A stretch of 14,661 nt of DNA from an uncultured bacterium (lineage in GTDB: Bacteria > CAIJMQ01), in NCBI GenBank assembly GCA_964573245.1, contig CAZNJA010000014.1:13045-27705 (forward strand). The letters run 5' to 3'. Position 1 is the stretch's first letter; each line of letters starts with the position of its first letter. Shown here piece by piece: positions 1 through 7,268 of the stretch. Below the pieces are notes generated by a model. The model made no database searches, was not told the origin of the DNA, and saw nothing but the letters and a program-made list of their open reading frames with translations. The translations under genes and the position numbers were made by a program.

Positions 1-6
1 AGTTAT

Positions 7-59
7 GGGCGATTAGCTCAGTTGGTTAGAGTGCTCCGACGTAACGTCGGAGAGGTCAG
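7..59 (+). pseudogene. Truncated tRNA-Val-derived copy: 5' half intact, anticodon arm replaced by a perfect palindrome, T-arm and 3' acceptor strand missing
   Basis: Nt 1-34 are identical to 109-142 (6-nt leader plus tRNA 5' strand and D-arm). CTCCGACG-TAA-CGTCGGAG (34-52) stands where the anticodon arm should be. GAGGTCAG (52-59) matches tRNA 158-165, and similarity ends there. Confidence 0.85.
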
Positions 60-114
60 CATGTTTAGAGTAATGATAGATTTGCTGAGTAGGAGAGCAA
101 GAAATCGTAGTTAT

Positions 115-191
115 GGGCGATTAGCTCAGTTGGTTAGAGTGCCACGTTGACATCGTGGAGGTCAGAGGTTCAAATCCTCTATCGCCCACCA
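115..191 (+). tRNA. tRNA-Val(GAC), 77 nt, CCA encoded
   Basis: Acceptor stem GGGCGAT/ATCGCCC, D-arm GCTC-AGTTGGTTA-GAGT, anticodon arm CCACG-TT-GAC-AT-CGTGG (anticodon 149-151), T-arm AGAGG-TTCAAAT-CCTCT, 3' end ACCA. Confidence 0.97.
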
Positions 192-199
192 GTTCAAAA

Positions 200-469
200 A
201 TGAGAGGATTTGTATACATATTGCATAGTGCAAAGAATGACAGGTATTACATTGGAAGTACTAATAGTGTAGATAGAAGGTTAAAAGAACACATTGCTGG
301 GATTGTAAAAGCAACTCGTAATCTTCGGCCACTATTGTTAGTATTTCAGCAAGAATATAAGACACTATGTGAGGCAAGGCAGGTTGAGCGAAAGTTAAAA
401 AGGTTCAAAAGAAGAGATATAATTGAAAGAATAGTAAAGGGAAAAAAGATATTAATAACAGGCGGTTAG
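200..469 (+). CDS. Stand-alone GIY-YIG nuclease family protein (89 aa, UPF0213/SLX1-like)
   Basis: Motifs FVYIL...RYYIGST...RRLKEH...EARQVERKLK match the GIY-YIG core. The ORF-track start at 155 lies inside the tRNA, so ATG at 200 is the plausible start. Confidence 0.9.
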   Translation: MRGFVYILHSAKNDRYYIGSTNSVDRRLKEHIAGIVKATRNLRPLLLVFQQEYKTLCEARQVERKLKRFKRRDIIERIVKGKKILITGG

Positions 470-576
470 CTTAATTTGGAGTGCTCTCCGAAGAGTCCGT
501 ATACTCGTCCTTTCGGAGTCATCGGACCGACGTTATGTCGGAGAGGTCAGAGGTTCAAATCCTCTATCGCCCACTA
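460..576 (+). pseudogene. Degenerate tRNA-Val copy with a palindrome-replaced anticodon arm and a nested palindromic insertion
   Basis: AGGCGGTTAGCTTAATTTGGAGTG (460-483) aligns to the tRNA 5' end GGGCGATTAGCTCAGTTGGTTAGAGTG. Nt 543-574 are identical to tRNA 158-189 (32 bp). The copy ends ACTA instead of ACCA, and 484-543 holds two hairpins. Confidence 0.85.
487..526. repeat. 40-nt imperfect palindrome with TCCGA...TCGGA ends
   Basis: TCCGAAGAGTCCG (487-499) is complementary to CGGAGTCATCGGA (514-526) at 11 of 13 positions, with a 14-nt loop. Confidence 0.7.
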
Positions 577-594
577 ACTAAAAAGGATAAAAAT

Positions 595-626
595 TAGCCA
601 ATCAATATATTGGCTGTTAGGTTTTT
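595..626 (+). terminator. Possible weak intrinsic terminator or regulatory hairpin just upstream of thrS
   Basis: AGCCAAT (596-602) pairs with ATTGGCT (609-615) around a 6-nt loop, followed by GTTAGGTTTTT. The U-tract is not directly adjacent to the stem. Confidence 0.35.
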
Positions 627-2375
627 ATGAAACAGAACCCTCAAAATGTTCCTCTTGAAGTGTATAGGCATAGCGCTTCACATATTCTTGCCTGCGCTGT
701 TAAAGAACTCTACTCTGATGTAAAACTTGCCATAGGTCCTGCTATTGAGGACGGTTTTTATTACGATTTTGACACCTCTCATAGATTTGTTCCCGAAGAC
801 CTTGTCAAGATAGAAAAGAAGATGCAGGAAATAATAAATAAAGATGAACCTTTTGTAAGAGAAGAGATATCCAAGAAGGAAGCCGTAAAAATCTTTAAAG
901 AAAAAGCCGAAAAATACAAAGTGGAACTCCTTGAGGAAATAAAAGACAAGAAAGTTTCTCTGTACAAATCGGGTGATTTTGTTGACCTTTGCAGAGGGCC
1001 CCATGTCGAATCTACCGGCAAAATAAAAGCGTTTAAATTACTTAGGATTTCAGGTGCTTACTGGAGAGGTAGCGAAAAAAATCCCATGCTTCAGAGGATA
1101 TACGGGACTGCGTTTTATAATGATAAAGAATTAAAAGATTATTTAAATAAACTGGAGGAAGCCGAGAAAAGAGACCATCGTAAACTGGGTAAAGAACTTG
1201 ACCTTTTCAGCACAAATACGGAAGTTGGTACTGGTCTTATACTATGGCATCCGAAAGGCGCTTTAATCAGAAGTATAATGGAAGATTATTGGCGCCAGAG
1301 TCATAAAAAAGGCGGATACGAATTTGTTTTTACTCCGCATATCGGAAAAGCTTCTCTTTGGCAAACCAGCGGTCATTTGCAATGGTATAAGGACGGCATG
1401 TATTCGCCGATTGAAATTGATGAAGTTCAGTATTATATGAAACCGATGAATTGCCCGTTTCATATGATGATTTATAAAAACAGCGTCAGAAGTTACAGGG
1501 AGTTGCCAGTAAGGTTTGCGGAACTCGGAACAGTTTATCGTTATGAGAGGACTGGTGTTCTTCACGGGCTTTCGCGTGTAAGGGGCTTTACGCAGGACGA
1601 TGCGCATATATTCTGTTCGCCTGAACAAGTGGTAGAAGAAATAACAAGAACGTTGAAGTTTTGTCTGTCATTCATAAAAGCATTTAATCTTCCTGCTCCG
1701 TCAATGGAATTAAGCGTGCGCGATCCGTCTAACCCGGATAAATATGCCGGCAGCGACGAAAATTGGCAGAAAGCGGAAGAAGCATTGATAGCCGCTCTTA
1801 AATCGCAGGGATTAACTTATAAAAGAATGGAAGGCGAAGCTGTTTTTTACGGTCCCAAAATAGACATGAAATATTACGATGCTTTGGGACGGGCATGGCA
1901 GGGTTCGACAATACAATTTGACTTTAATATGCCTGAAAAATTTGATTTGTCTTATGTAAGCAAAGAGGGCAAACAAGAGCGCCCGTATATGATTCATAGG
2001 GCATTATATGGTTCGTTGGAACGTTTTTTTGCGCTTTTGATAGAACATTACGGCGGAGCTTTTCCTCTATGGCTTTCGCCTGTTCAGGTAAAAATTCTTC
2101 CGATTTCCGAAGATAATTTGCCTTATGCCGAAGAAATATATTCAAAAATGAAAGAAGCTGATATAAGAGTTGAATTGAATTCCAAAAATGACACCCTCGG
2201 TTATAAAATAAGGGAATCTGAAAAGGAGAAAACCCCTTATATAATAGTGTTAGGTAAAAACGAAGAAAAAGAGAAAACGATTTCCGTAAGAAAAAGAAAA
2301 GAAGGCGACAAGGGTAAAATCGCTGTAGAAGAGTTCATTGAGAATATAAAAAAAGAGATAGAAAACTATAAGTGA
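627..2375 (+). CDS. thrS: Threonine--tRNA ligase (short form, apparently lacking the N-terminal TGS domain)
   Basis: Motifs RHSASHILA, GFYYDF, DLCRGPH, GAYWRG, RDHRKLG, KPMNCP, RVRGFTQDDAHIF, FYGPKID, TIQFDF and HRALYGSLERF; 582 aa. Confidence 0.98.
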   Translation: MKQNPQNVPLEVYRHSASHILACAVKELYSDVKLAIGPAIEDGFYYDFDTSHRFVPEDLVKIEKKMQEIINKDEPFVREEISKKEAVKIFKEKAEKYKVELLEEIKDKKVSLYKSGDFVDLCRGPHVESTGKIKAFKLLRISGAYWRGSEKNPMLQRIYGTAFYNDKELKDYLNKLEEAEKRDHRKLGKELDLFSTNTEVGTGLILWHPKGALIRSIMEDYWRQSHKKGGYEFVFTPHIGKASLWQTSGHLQWYKDGMYSPIEIDEVQYYMKPMNCPFHMMIYKNSVRSYRELPVRFAELGTVYRYERTGVLHGLSRVRGFTQDDAHIFCSPEQVVEEITRTLKFCLSFIKAFNLPAPSMELSVRDPSNPDKYAGSDENWQKAEEALIAALKSQGLTYKRMEGEAVFYGPKIDMKYYDALGRAWQGSTIQFDFNMPEKFDLSYVSKEGKQERPYMIHRALYGSLERFFALLIEHYGGAFPLWLSPVQVKILPISEDNLPYAEEIYSKMKEADIRVELNSKNDTLGYKIRESEKEKTPYIIVLGKNEEKEKTISVRKRKEGDKGKIAVEEFIENIKKEIENYK

Positions 2376-2397
2376 GTAAAAACAAAAGGAGTAAAAA

Positions 2398-4506
2398 ATG
2401 AGTGTAGTTGTTAAGGCGAAAATAGGAGAAAAAGAACTTATCATAGAAACGGGTAAATTAGCTAAACAGGCAGACGGCGCTGTGGTTGTTCGCTACGGCG
2501 ATACTGTTGTTTTGACTACCGTTGTAGCGCGCGAGCTGCAGGATATACCTCCGTTCTTTCCTTTGTTTGTTGATTATAGGGAAATGACATATGCCTCAGG
2601 TAAAATACCCGGAGGATTTTTTAAAAGAGAAGGCAGGCCTTCCGAGAAAGAAATTGTAACATCAAGAATGATAGACCGCCCTCTGCGCCCTCTTTTTGCC
2701 GACGGTTATATGGAAGAGGTGCAAATTGTTTCCACTGCTCTTTCTGCAGATGGAGAAGTTGACCCCGATATATTGGGAATTATTGGTGGTGCAGCAGCTT
2801 TGGCAATTTCCGATATACCTTTCCCTGCTCCTATAGGAGCGGTCAGAATAGGAAGGCTTCAAGATAAATTTATTATTAATCCCACCTATAAACAAGTGGA
2901 TGAAGGCGGATTGGATTTGGTGGTTTGCGGTTGGGAGGATGGCGTGTCCATGGTGGAAGGTGATGCAAATGAAATAGCTGAAGAAACTATTCTTGAAGCT
3001 TTAAAGCTGGGACAAAAGGTTTGCGGCGAAATCTCCGCTCTTATACAACAACTATCCCAAAAAACGAAAGTTTCCAAAAAGGAAGTTAAAGTTATTTCTG
3101 TTCCTAAAGAACTGGAAAAAGAAATAGAAGATTTTGCTTCAAAAAGAATTGATGAAACAAAAAAGATTGAAGGTAGAAAGAACAGAACACTACATATGAA
3201 GACATTAATAAAAGAATGCGTAGAAAAATTCGGTGAGACATATGCTGAGAAACTTGTGGAAATGGCTTTGAACAATTTAGAGCAGAAAAAATTCAGAGAG
3301 AAAATAATTAATGAAGCGGTAAGGGCTGACGGCAGAAAGAGAGATGAAGTAAGACCTATAACATGTGAAGTGAGTGTATTACCCAGAACGCACGGTTCGG
3401 CTGTTTTTACCCGAGGCGAAACACAAAGTTTGGTAGCTACAACACTGGGGACTGCCGAGGATGAGAAAAGAATGGATGAACTGCGGGGAGAATCTTCTAA
3501 GACATTCATGCTGCACTATAATTTCCCAGCGTTTTCGGTTGGAGAAGTCAAACCCTTAAGAGGTCCGTCCCGAAGAGATATAGGTCATGGCAATTTGGCG
3601 GAAAGAGCTTTGAAACCTATGATGCCGAATTGGGATGACTTTCCCTATACTGTAAGATTGGTGTCCGAAATACTTGAGTCTAACGGTTCTTCTTCTATGG
3701 CTACTGTATGCGGCGCGTCGCTTTCCTGTTTTGACGCGGGTATCCCCCTTAAAAAAGCTGTGGCAGGTGTTGCGTTGGGCGTTATCAAAGAAGGCAAAAA
3801 ACATATTCTTCTTTCAGACATTGCGGGATTAGAAGATAAATACGGAGACATGGACTTAAAAATCGCCGGAACCAATGAAGGAGTTACCGCAATCCAGATG
3901 GATGTTAAAATTAAAGGTATAGAATACGATATCTTGAAGGAGGCGTTTCTGCAGTCGAAGCAAGCCAGAAAGCACATATTAGACATAATGGAAAAAACAA
4001 TCGGCTCGCCTCGTGAATCGGTTTCTGTCTATGCTCCGCTTATAACTATTCTTGATATTAATCCTGAAAAAATCGGGGCGTTTATTGGTCCCGGCGGGAA
4101 AAACATACGCAAGATTATTGCAGAAACAGGAGCAAAAATAGATATTGATGATGAGAAAAACAAAGTGATTGTAGCTGGAACAGATAAGGAAAGCACAAAG
4201 AAAGCCGTACAATATGTTGAGGCATATACGCATGAAGTCAAGGCAGGAGAAATATTTGACGCGACAGTGACTAAAGTTATGCAATTCGGCGCTTTCGTTG
4301 AAATTCTTCCCGGGCAGGAAGGCCTTGTCCATGTTTCCGAGTTGGATTCCAATTTTGTTAAAAACGTTGAAGATGTAGTCAAAGAGGGTGATAAATTCAA
4401 AGTGAAAGTGTTAAAAATAGACGAGAAAGGAAGAATAAACCTTTCTAGAAAAGCAATGATGAAAAAGGAAGATAAGAAGGATGGAATTGAAAATAGAAAG
4501 AACTGA
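2398..4506 (+). CDS. pnp: Polyribonucleotide nucleotidyltransferase (PNPase)
   Basis: Motifs ETGKLAKQADG, GKIPGGFFKREGRP, HGSAVFTRGETQ, SNGSSSMA and GDMDLKIAGT; KH (IGPGGKNI) and S1 (FGAFVEI...GLVHVSE) domains; RBS AAGGAG at 2386-2391. Confidence 0.98.
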   Translation: MSVVVKAKIGEKELIIETGKLAKQADGAVVVRYGDTVVLTTVVARELQDIPPFFPLFVDYREMTYASGKIPGGFFKREGRPSEKEIVTSRMIDRPLRPLFADGYMEEVQIVSTALSADGEVDPDILGIIGGAAALAISDIPFPAPIGAVRIGRLQDKFIINPTYKQVDEGGLDLVVCGWEDGVSMVEGDANEIAEETILEALKLGQKVCGEISALIQQLSQKTKVSKKEVKVISVPKELEKEIEDFASKRIDETKKIEGRKNRTLHMKTLIKECVEKFGETYAEKLVEMALNNLEQKKFREKIINEAVRADGRKRDEVRPITCEVSVLPRTHGSAVFTRGETQSLVATTLGTAEDEKRMDELRGESSKTFMLHYNFPAFSVGEVKPLRGPSRRDIGHGNLAERALKPMMPNWDDFPYTVRLVSEILESNGSSSMATVCGASLSCFDAGIPLKKAVAGVALGVIKEGKKHILLSDIAGLEDKYGDMDLKIAGTNEGVTAIQMDVKIKGIEYDILKEAFLQSKQARKHILDIMEKTIGSPRESVSVYAPLITILDINPEKIGAFIGPGGKNIRKIIAETGAKIDIDDEKNKVIVAGTDKESTKKAVQYVEAYTHEVKAGEIFDATVTKVMQFGAFVEILPGQEGLVHVSELDSNFVKNVEDVVKEGDKFKVKVLKIDEKGRINLSRKAMMKKEDKKDGIENRKN

Positions 4507-4915
4507 AGAAGCAAAAAAGCTAAATATTCCTCTCCCTTCTTATCAACATGAAGGAGATGCCGGGCTTGATTTAAGGGCAACTGTTGAGTGTGTAGTGAAA
4601 CAGGGAACAAGACAGACTATACCGACCGGTATCAAAGTAGCAATTCCTTCGGGTTTCTTCGGTCTTGTCAAAGACCGCAGCGGTTTGGCTTCAAAACATG
4701 GAATTCACACGCTTGCGGGGGTAGTCGATTCCGGATATAGGGGTGAAGTTGCTGTAGTCCTTCATAATTTGGGAGCAGAAGATTTTTCTGTTGATATAGG
4801 CATGAGAATAGCTCAACTTTTAATAGTACCGGTTGCCTCTGTTAAAGTAAACGAAACGTCTCTTGATGAAACTTCAAGAGGTACTGGCGGGTGGGGAAGT
4901 ACAGGGCATAGATAA
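4481..4915 (+). CDS. dut: dUTP diphosphatase (trimeric dUTPase)
   Basis: Motifs AGLDL, RSGLA, GVVDSGYRGE, RIAQL and RGTGGWGSTG; overlaps the pnp 3' end by 26 nt. Confidence 0.97.
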   Translation: MELKIERTEEAKKLNIPLPSYQHEGDAGLDLRATVECVVKQGTRQTIPTGIKVAIPSGFFGLVKDRSGLASKHGIHTLAGVVDSGYRGEVAVVLHNLGAEDFSVDIGMRIAQLLIVPVASVKVNETSLDETSRGTGGWGSTGHR

Positions 4916-4916
4916 C

Positions 4917-4944
4917 TCAAAAGTCAAAATGCAAAATTCAAAAT
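4917..4944. repeat. Four tandem 7-mers, TCAAAAK-type
   Basis: TCAAAAG TCAAAAT GCAAAAT TCAAAAT directly after the dut stop codon. Confidence 0.75.
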
Positions 4945-4976
4945 TTCCGAAGGTCTAAAACTTTAATCTATTTTAA

Positions 4977-7190
4977 ATGGTACATAAAAGAGAAATAGCA
5001 ACTGTTGTATGGCTGGGCGTGGTTGTTCTTATGTTTTTGAGTTTAATATCTTTTTCTCCTGCCGATTTAAGCATTCTTAAGAGTCCACCCAATCGCCCTA
5101 CTCAAAATATGATAGGCATAGTAGGAGCATGGGTAGCATTTGGGCTTTATTCTCTTTTTGGCATATCATCCTATTTACTAGTTCTTTTCGGATTGGGTCT
5201 AATTTATCTACAGTTTTTTTCACGTTATGAAACACATATCCGCTCCAGAATAATTGGCTGTGTCGTTTTGCTCTTTTCTTTGACTGTTTTTTTATCTCTC
5301 ACAGGAAAAGGCAGTGTTTTTCTTAAGGGTCTTTTTGTAGAAGATGAAATTCAATTTGCGGGAGGGATAATAGGCCATTTGTTGTCTTCTACAATGCTTA
5401 GTTTTTTTGGCAGTATAGGAACGTATACAATAATGATTACTGCATTTATTGCTGGTGTTATTCTTATATCCTCTTATGAAAATTTTTATTTTTTTCTGTT
5501 GCAGAGAATTAAACGGTTGAAAAGTTATAGAGTGACAAAATCGTTTCAAACACAGAAAAAGAAAGAAGTTTATTCCCCGCCAAGACCAAGTGTTTTGCCT
5601 AAAGAAGAAAATATTAAATCGGACACTGAAATCAAATCGCCCATTCCTGTTAAAACCCATGAAAAGAAAGAGGAGAAAAAATCTGTTCCCGACCTTTTTC
5701 AGACGGAGGAAAAACGCGGAGCAGACAGTTCTTTATTTGCTCTTCCTCCTATCTCTTTGCTTAACGACCCGCCTGTTGAAAAATTGGCAGATGATTCTTA
5801 CATTTATAATAATTCCAAGAAATTGGAACAGGCACTTTCCGAATTTGGAATTGAGGCAAAAGTAACAAGTGTTCAAAAGGGTCCTGTGATTACCTCGTAT
5901 GAAGTCGAACCCGGTGTTGGCGTCAAAGTGGGAAGAATTGTTGCGTTAGCGGATGATATTGCTTTGGCACTTCGTGCCCCTTCTATTAGGATTGTGGCTC
6001 CTATTCCGGGCAAAGCTGTTATGGGAGTTGAAATTCCAAATCCTGCTCCGCGTCTTGTGTATCTGAAGGAAATTCTCCAATCAAAAGAATTTGTAAGTTT
6101 AGGTGCGAAATCGAAACTTGCGGTTGCTTTGGGCAAGGATATAAGAGGCAATCCTCTTGTTGACGATTTGAAAGGGATGCCGCATCTTTTGATTGCGGGG
6201 ACTACCGGCTCGGGAAAAACAGTTTATTTGCATTCATTGATTTCTTCTATACTTTTTAACGCTTATCCGCATGAAGTGAAATTTTTACTTGTTGACCCGA
6301 AGATGGTTGAACTTGCGCCTTTTTCTCAAATACCTCATTTGTTTGCACCTATCGTAACAATGGCAAAGGAAGCTCCCGCAGCTTTACAGTGGATAGTTGA
6401 AGAAATGGAAACAAGGTACGGAAAACTTGCGGAAATGGGAGTAAGACATATTGAAAAATTCAATGAGAAGATGGAACAGGAGAAAAACGATAACGAAAAA
6501 ATGCCTTATATCGTGGTTATTATAGATGAACTAGCCGACCTTATGGCTGTGGCTTCGAGAAAAGTTGAAGAGATGATTATGCGGCTTGCCCAACTTTCAA
6601 GAGCCGCTGGGATTCACCTTGTTCTTGCAACTCAGCGTCCTTCTGTGGATGTGGTAACAGGTGTGATAAAAGCGAATTTCCCTTATCGTATTTCTTTTCA
6701 GGTTTCTGCTCGTGTGGATTCAAGGACTGTTCTTGATTCTATGGGTGCCGATAAACTTCTTGGCAAAGGAGATATGCTCTACCTAGCGGCTGGCGGAAAA
6801 CCTATTCGTGTGCAGGGACCTTTTATTGCCGAAGAAGAAATTGAAAGAATTGTTAAATATCTTGAAAAAATGGGCAAGCCTGATTTTGGCGGCATAGATT
6901 TTCAATTAGATAAAACTAAAAAAGAGCAAGACTCTACACTTCCGGCGGAAAAAGACCCGCTTTTTAAAGAGGCCATAAAAGTGATTTTATCAAGCGGACA
7001 GGCATCCGCGTCACATCTTCAAAGAAGGATGAGTATCGGCTATGCAAGGGCAGGTCGGCTTATTGACCTTATGGAAGAGCAGGGGATAATAGGGCCGCCA
7101 CAAGGTGTTAAGCCGCGCGATATTCTGGTGGGTGAATCGTATTTGGAGAAACTGGAAAACAACAACGGGAAACAAAAGCAGGAAACTTAA
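4977..7190 (+). CDS. ftsK: DNA translocase FtsK/SpoIIIE
   Basis: N-terminal transmembrane region, linker, PHLLIAGTTGSGKT (Walker A), DPKMVEL, IIDELADLM, LATQRPSVDV, LLGKGDML and a gamma domain (LQRRMSIGYARAGRLID). Confidence 0.97.
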   Translation: MVHKREIATVVWLGVVVLMFLSLISFSPADLSILKSPPNRPTQNMIGIVGAWVAFGLYSLFGISSYLLVLFGLGLIYLQFFSRYETHIRSRIIGCVVLLFSLTVFLSLTGKGSVFLKGLFVEDEIQFAGGIIGHLLSSTMLSFFGSIGTYTIMITAFIAGVILISSYENFYFFLLQRIKRLKSYRVTKSFQTQKKKEVYSPPRPSVLPKEENIKSDTEIKSPIPVKTHEKKEEKKSVPDLFQTEEKRGADSSLFALPPISLLNDPPVEKLADDSYIYNNSKKLEQALSEFGIEAKVTSVQKGPVITSYEVEPGVGVKVGRIVALADDIALALRAPSIRIVAPIPGKAVMGVEIPNPAPRLVYLKEILQSKEFVSLGAKSKLAVALGKDIRGNPLVDDLKGMPHLLIAGTTGSGKTVYLHSLISSILFNAYPHEVKFLLVDPKMVELAPFSQIPHLFAPIVTMAKEAPAALQWIVEEMETRYGKLAEMGVRHIEKFNEKMEQEKNDNEKMPYIVVIIDELADLMAVASRKVEEMIMRLAQLSRAAGIHLVLATQRPSVDVVTGVIKANFPYRISFQVSARVDSRTVLDSMGADKLLGKGDMLYLAAGGKPIRVQGPFIAEEEIERIVKYLEKMGKPDFGGIDFQLDKTKKEQDSTLPAEKDPLFKEAIKVILSSGQASASHLQRRMSIGYARAGRLIDLMEEQGIIGPPQGVKPRDILVGESYLEKLENNNGKQKQET

Positions 7191-7197
7191 AATTATA

Positions 7198-7254
7198 GGA
7201 TGCTAGATTCCAGATGCTTGTACAATTAAAACACTAGAATCCAGAATCTGTAAT
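7198..7254. repeat. Two short 7-mer arrays in inverted orientation (GATGCTA-like family)
   Basis: GGATGCT AGATTCC AGATGCT (7198-7218) and CTAGAAT CCAGAAT CTGTAAT (7234-7254). Nt 7199-7213 match the reverse complement of 7234-7248 at 12 of 15 positions. Confidence 0.65.
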
Positions 7255-7268
7255 CAGTCGTTTTAATA

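Noticed and set aside
79-106. Imperfect hairpin TTGCT...AGCAA upstream of the tRNA
   Set aside because: The stem is short and AT-rich with no U-tract, so it is likely a chance match.
155-199. ORF-track N-terminal extension of the GIY-YIG protein (MEVRGSNPLSPTSSK)
   Set aside because: It is mostly the translated 3' half of tRNA-Val; the GIY-YIG motif begins right after the ATG at 200.
1-576. CRISPR array
   Set aside because: The repeats are tRNA-derived, spacing is irregular, one spacer is a whole gene, and there are no cas genes in the window.
460-576. Functional suppressor tRNA (TTA loop reading UAA) or intron-containing tRNA
   Set aside because: The D-arm is degenerate, the first acceptor pair is mismatched, there is no canonical 7-nt loop with U33, the end is CTA not CCA, and the 40-nt insert is far too short for a self-splicing intron.
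470-626. T-box riboswitch upstream of thrS
   Set aside because: No T-box consensus (AAGGTGGNACC-like) or stem I motifs are visible, and the region is explained by the tRNA copy.
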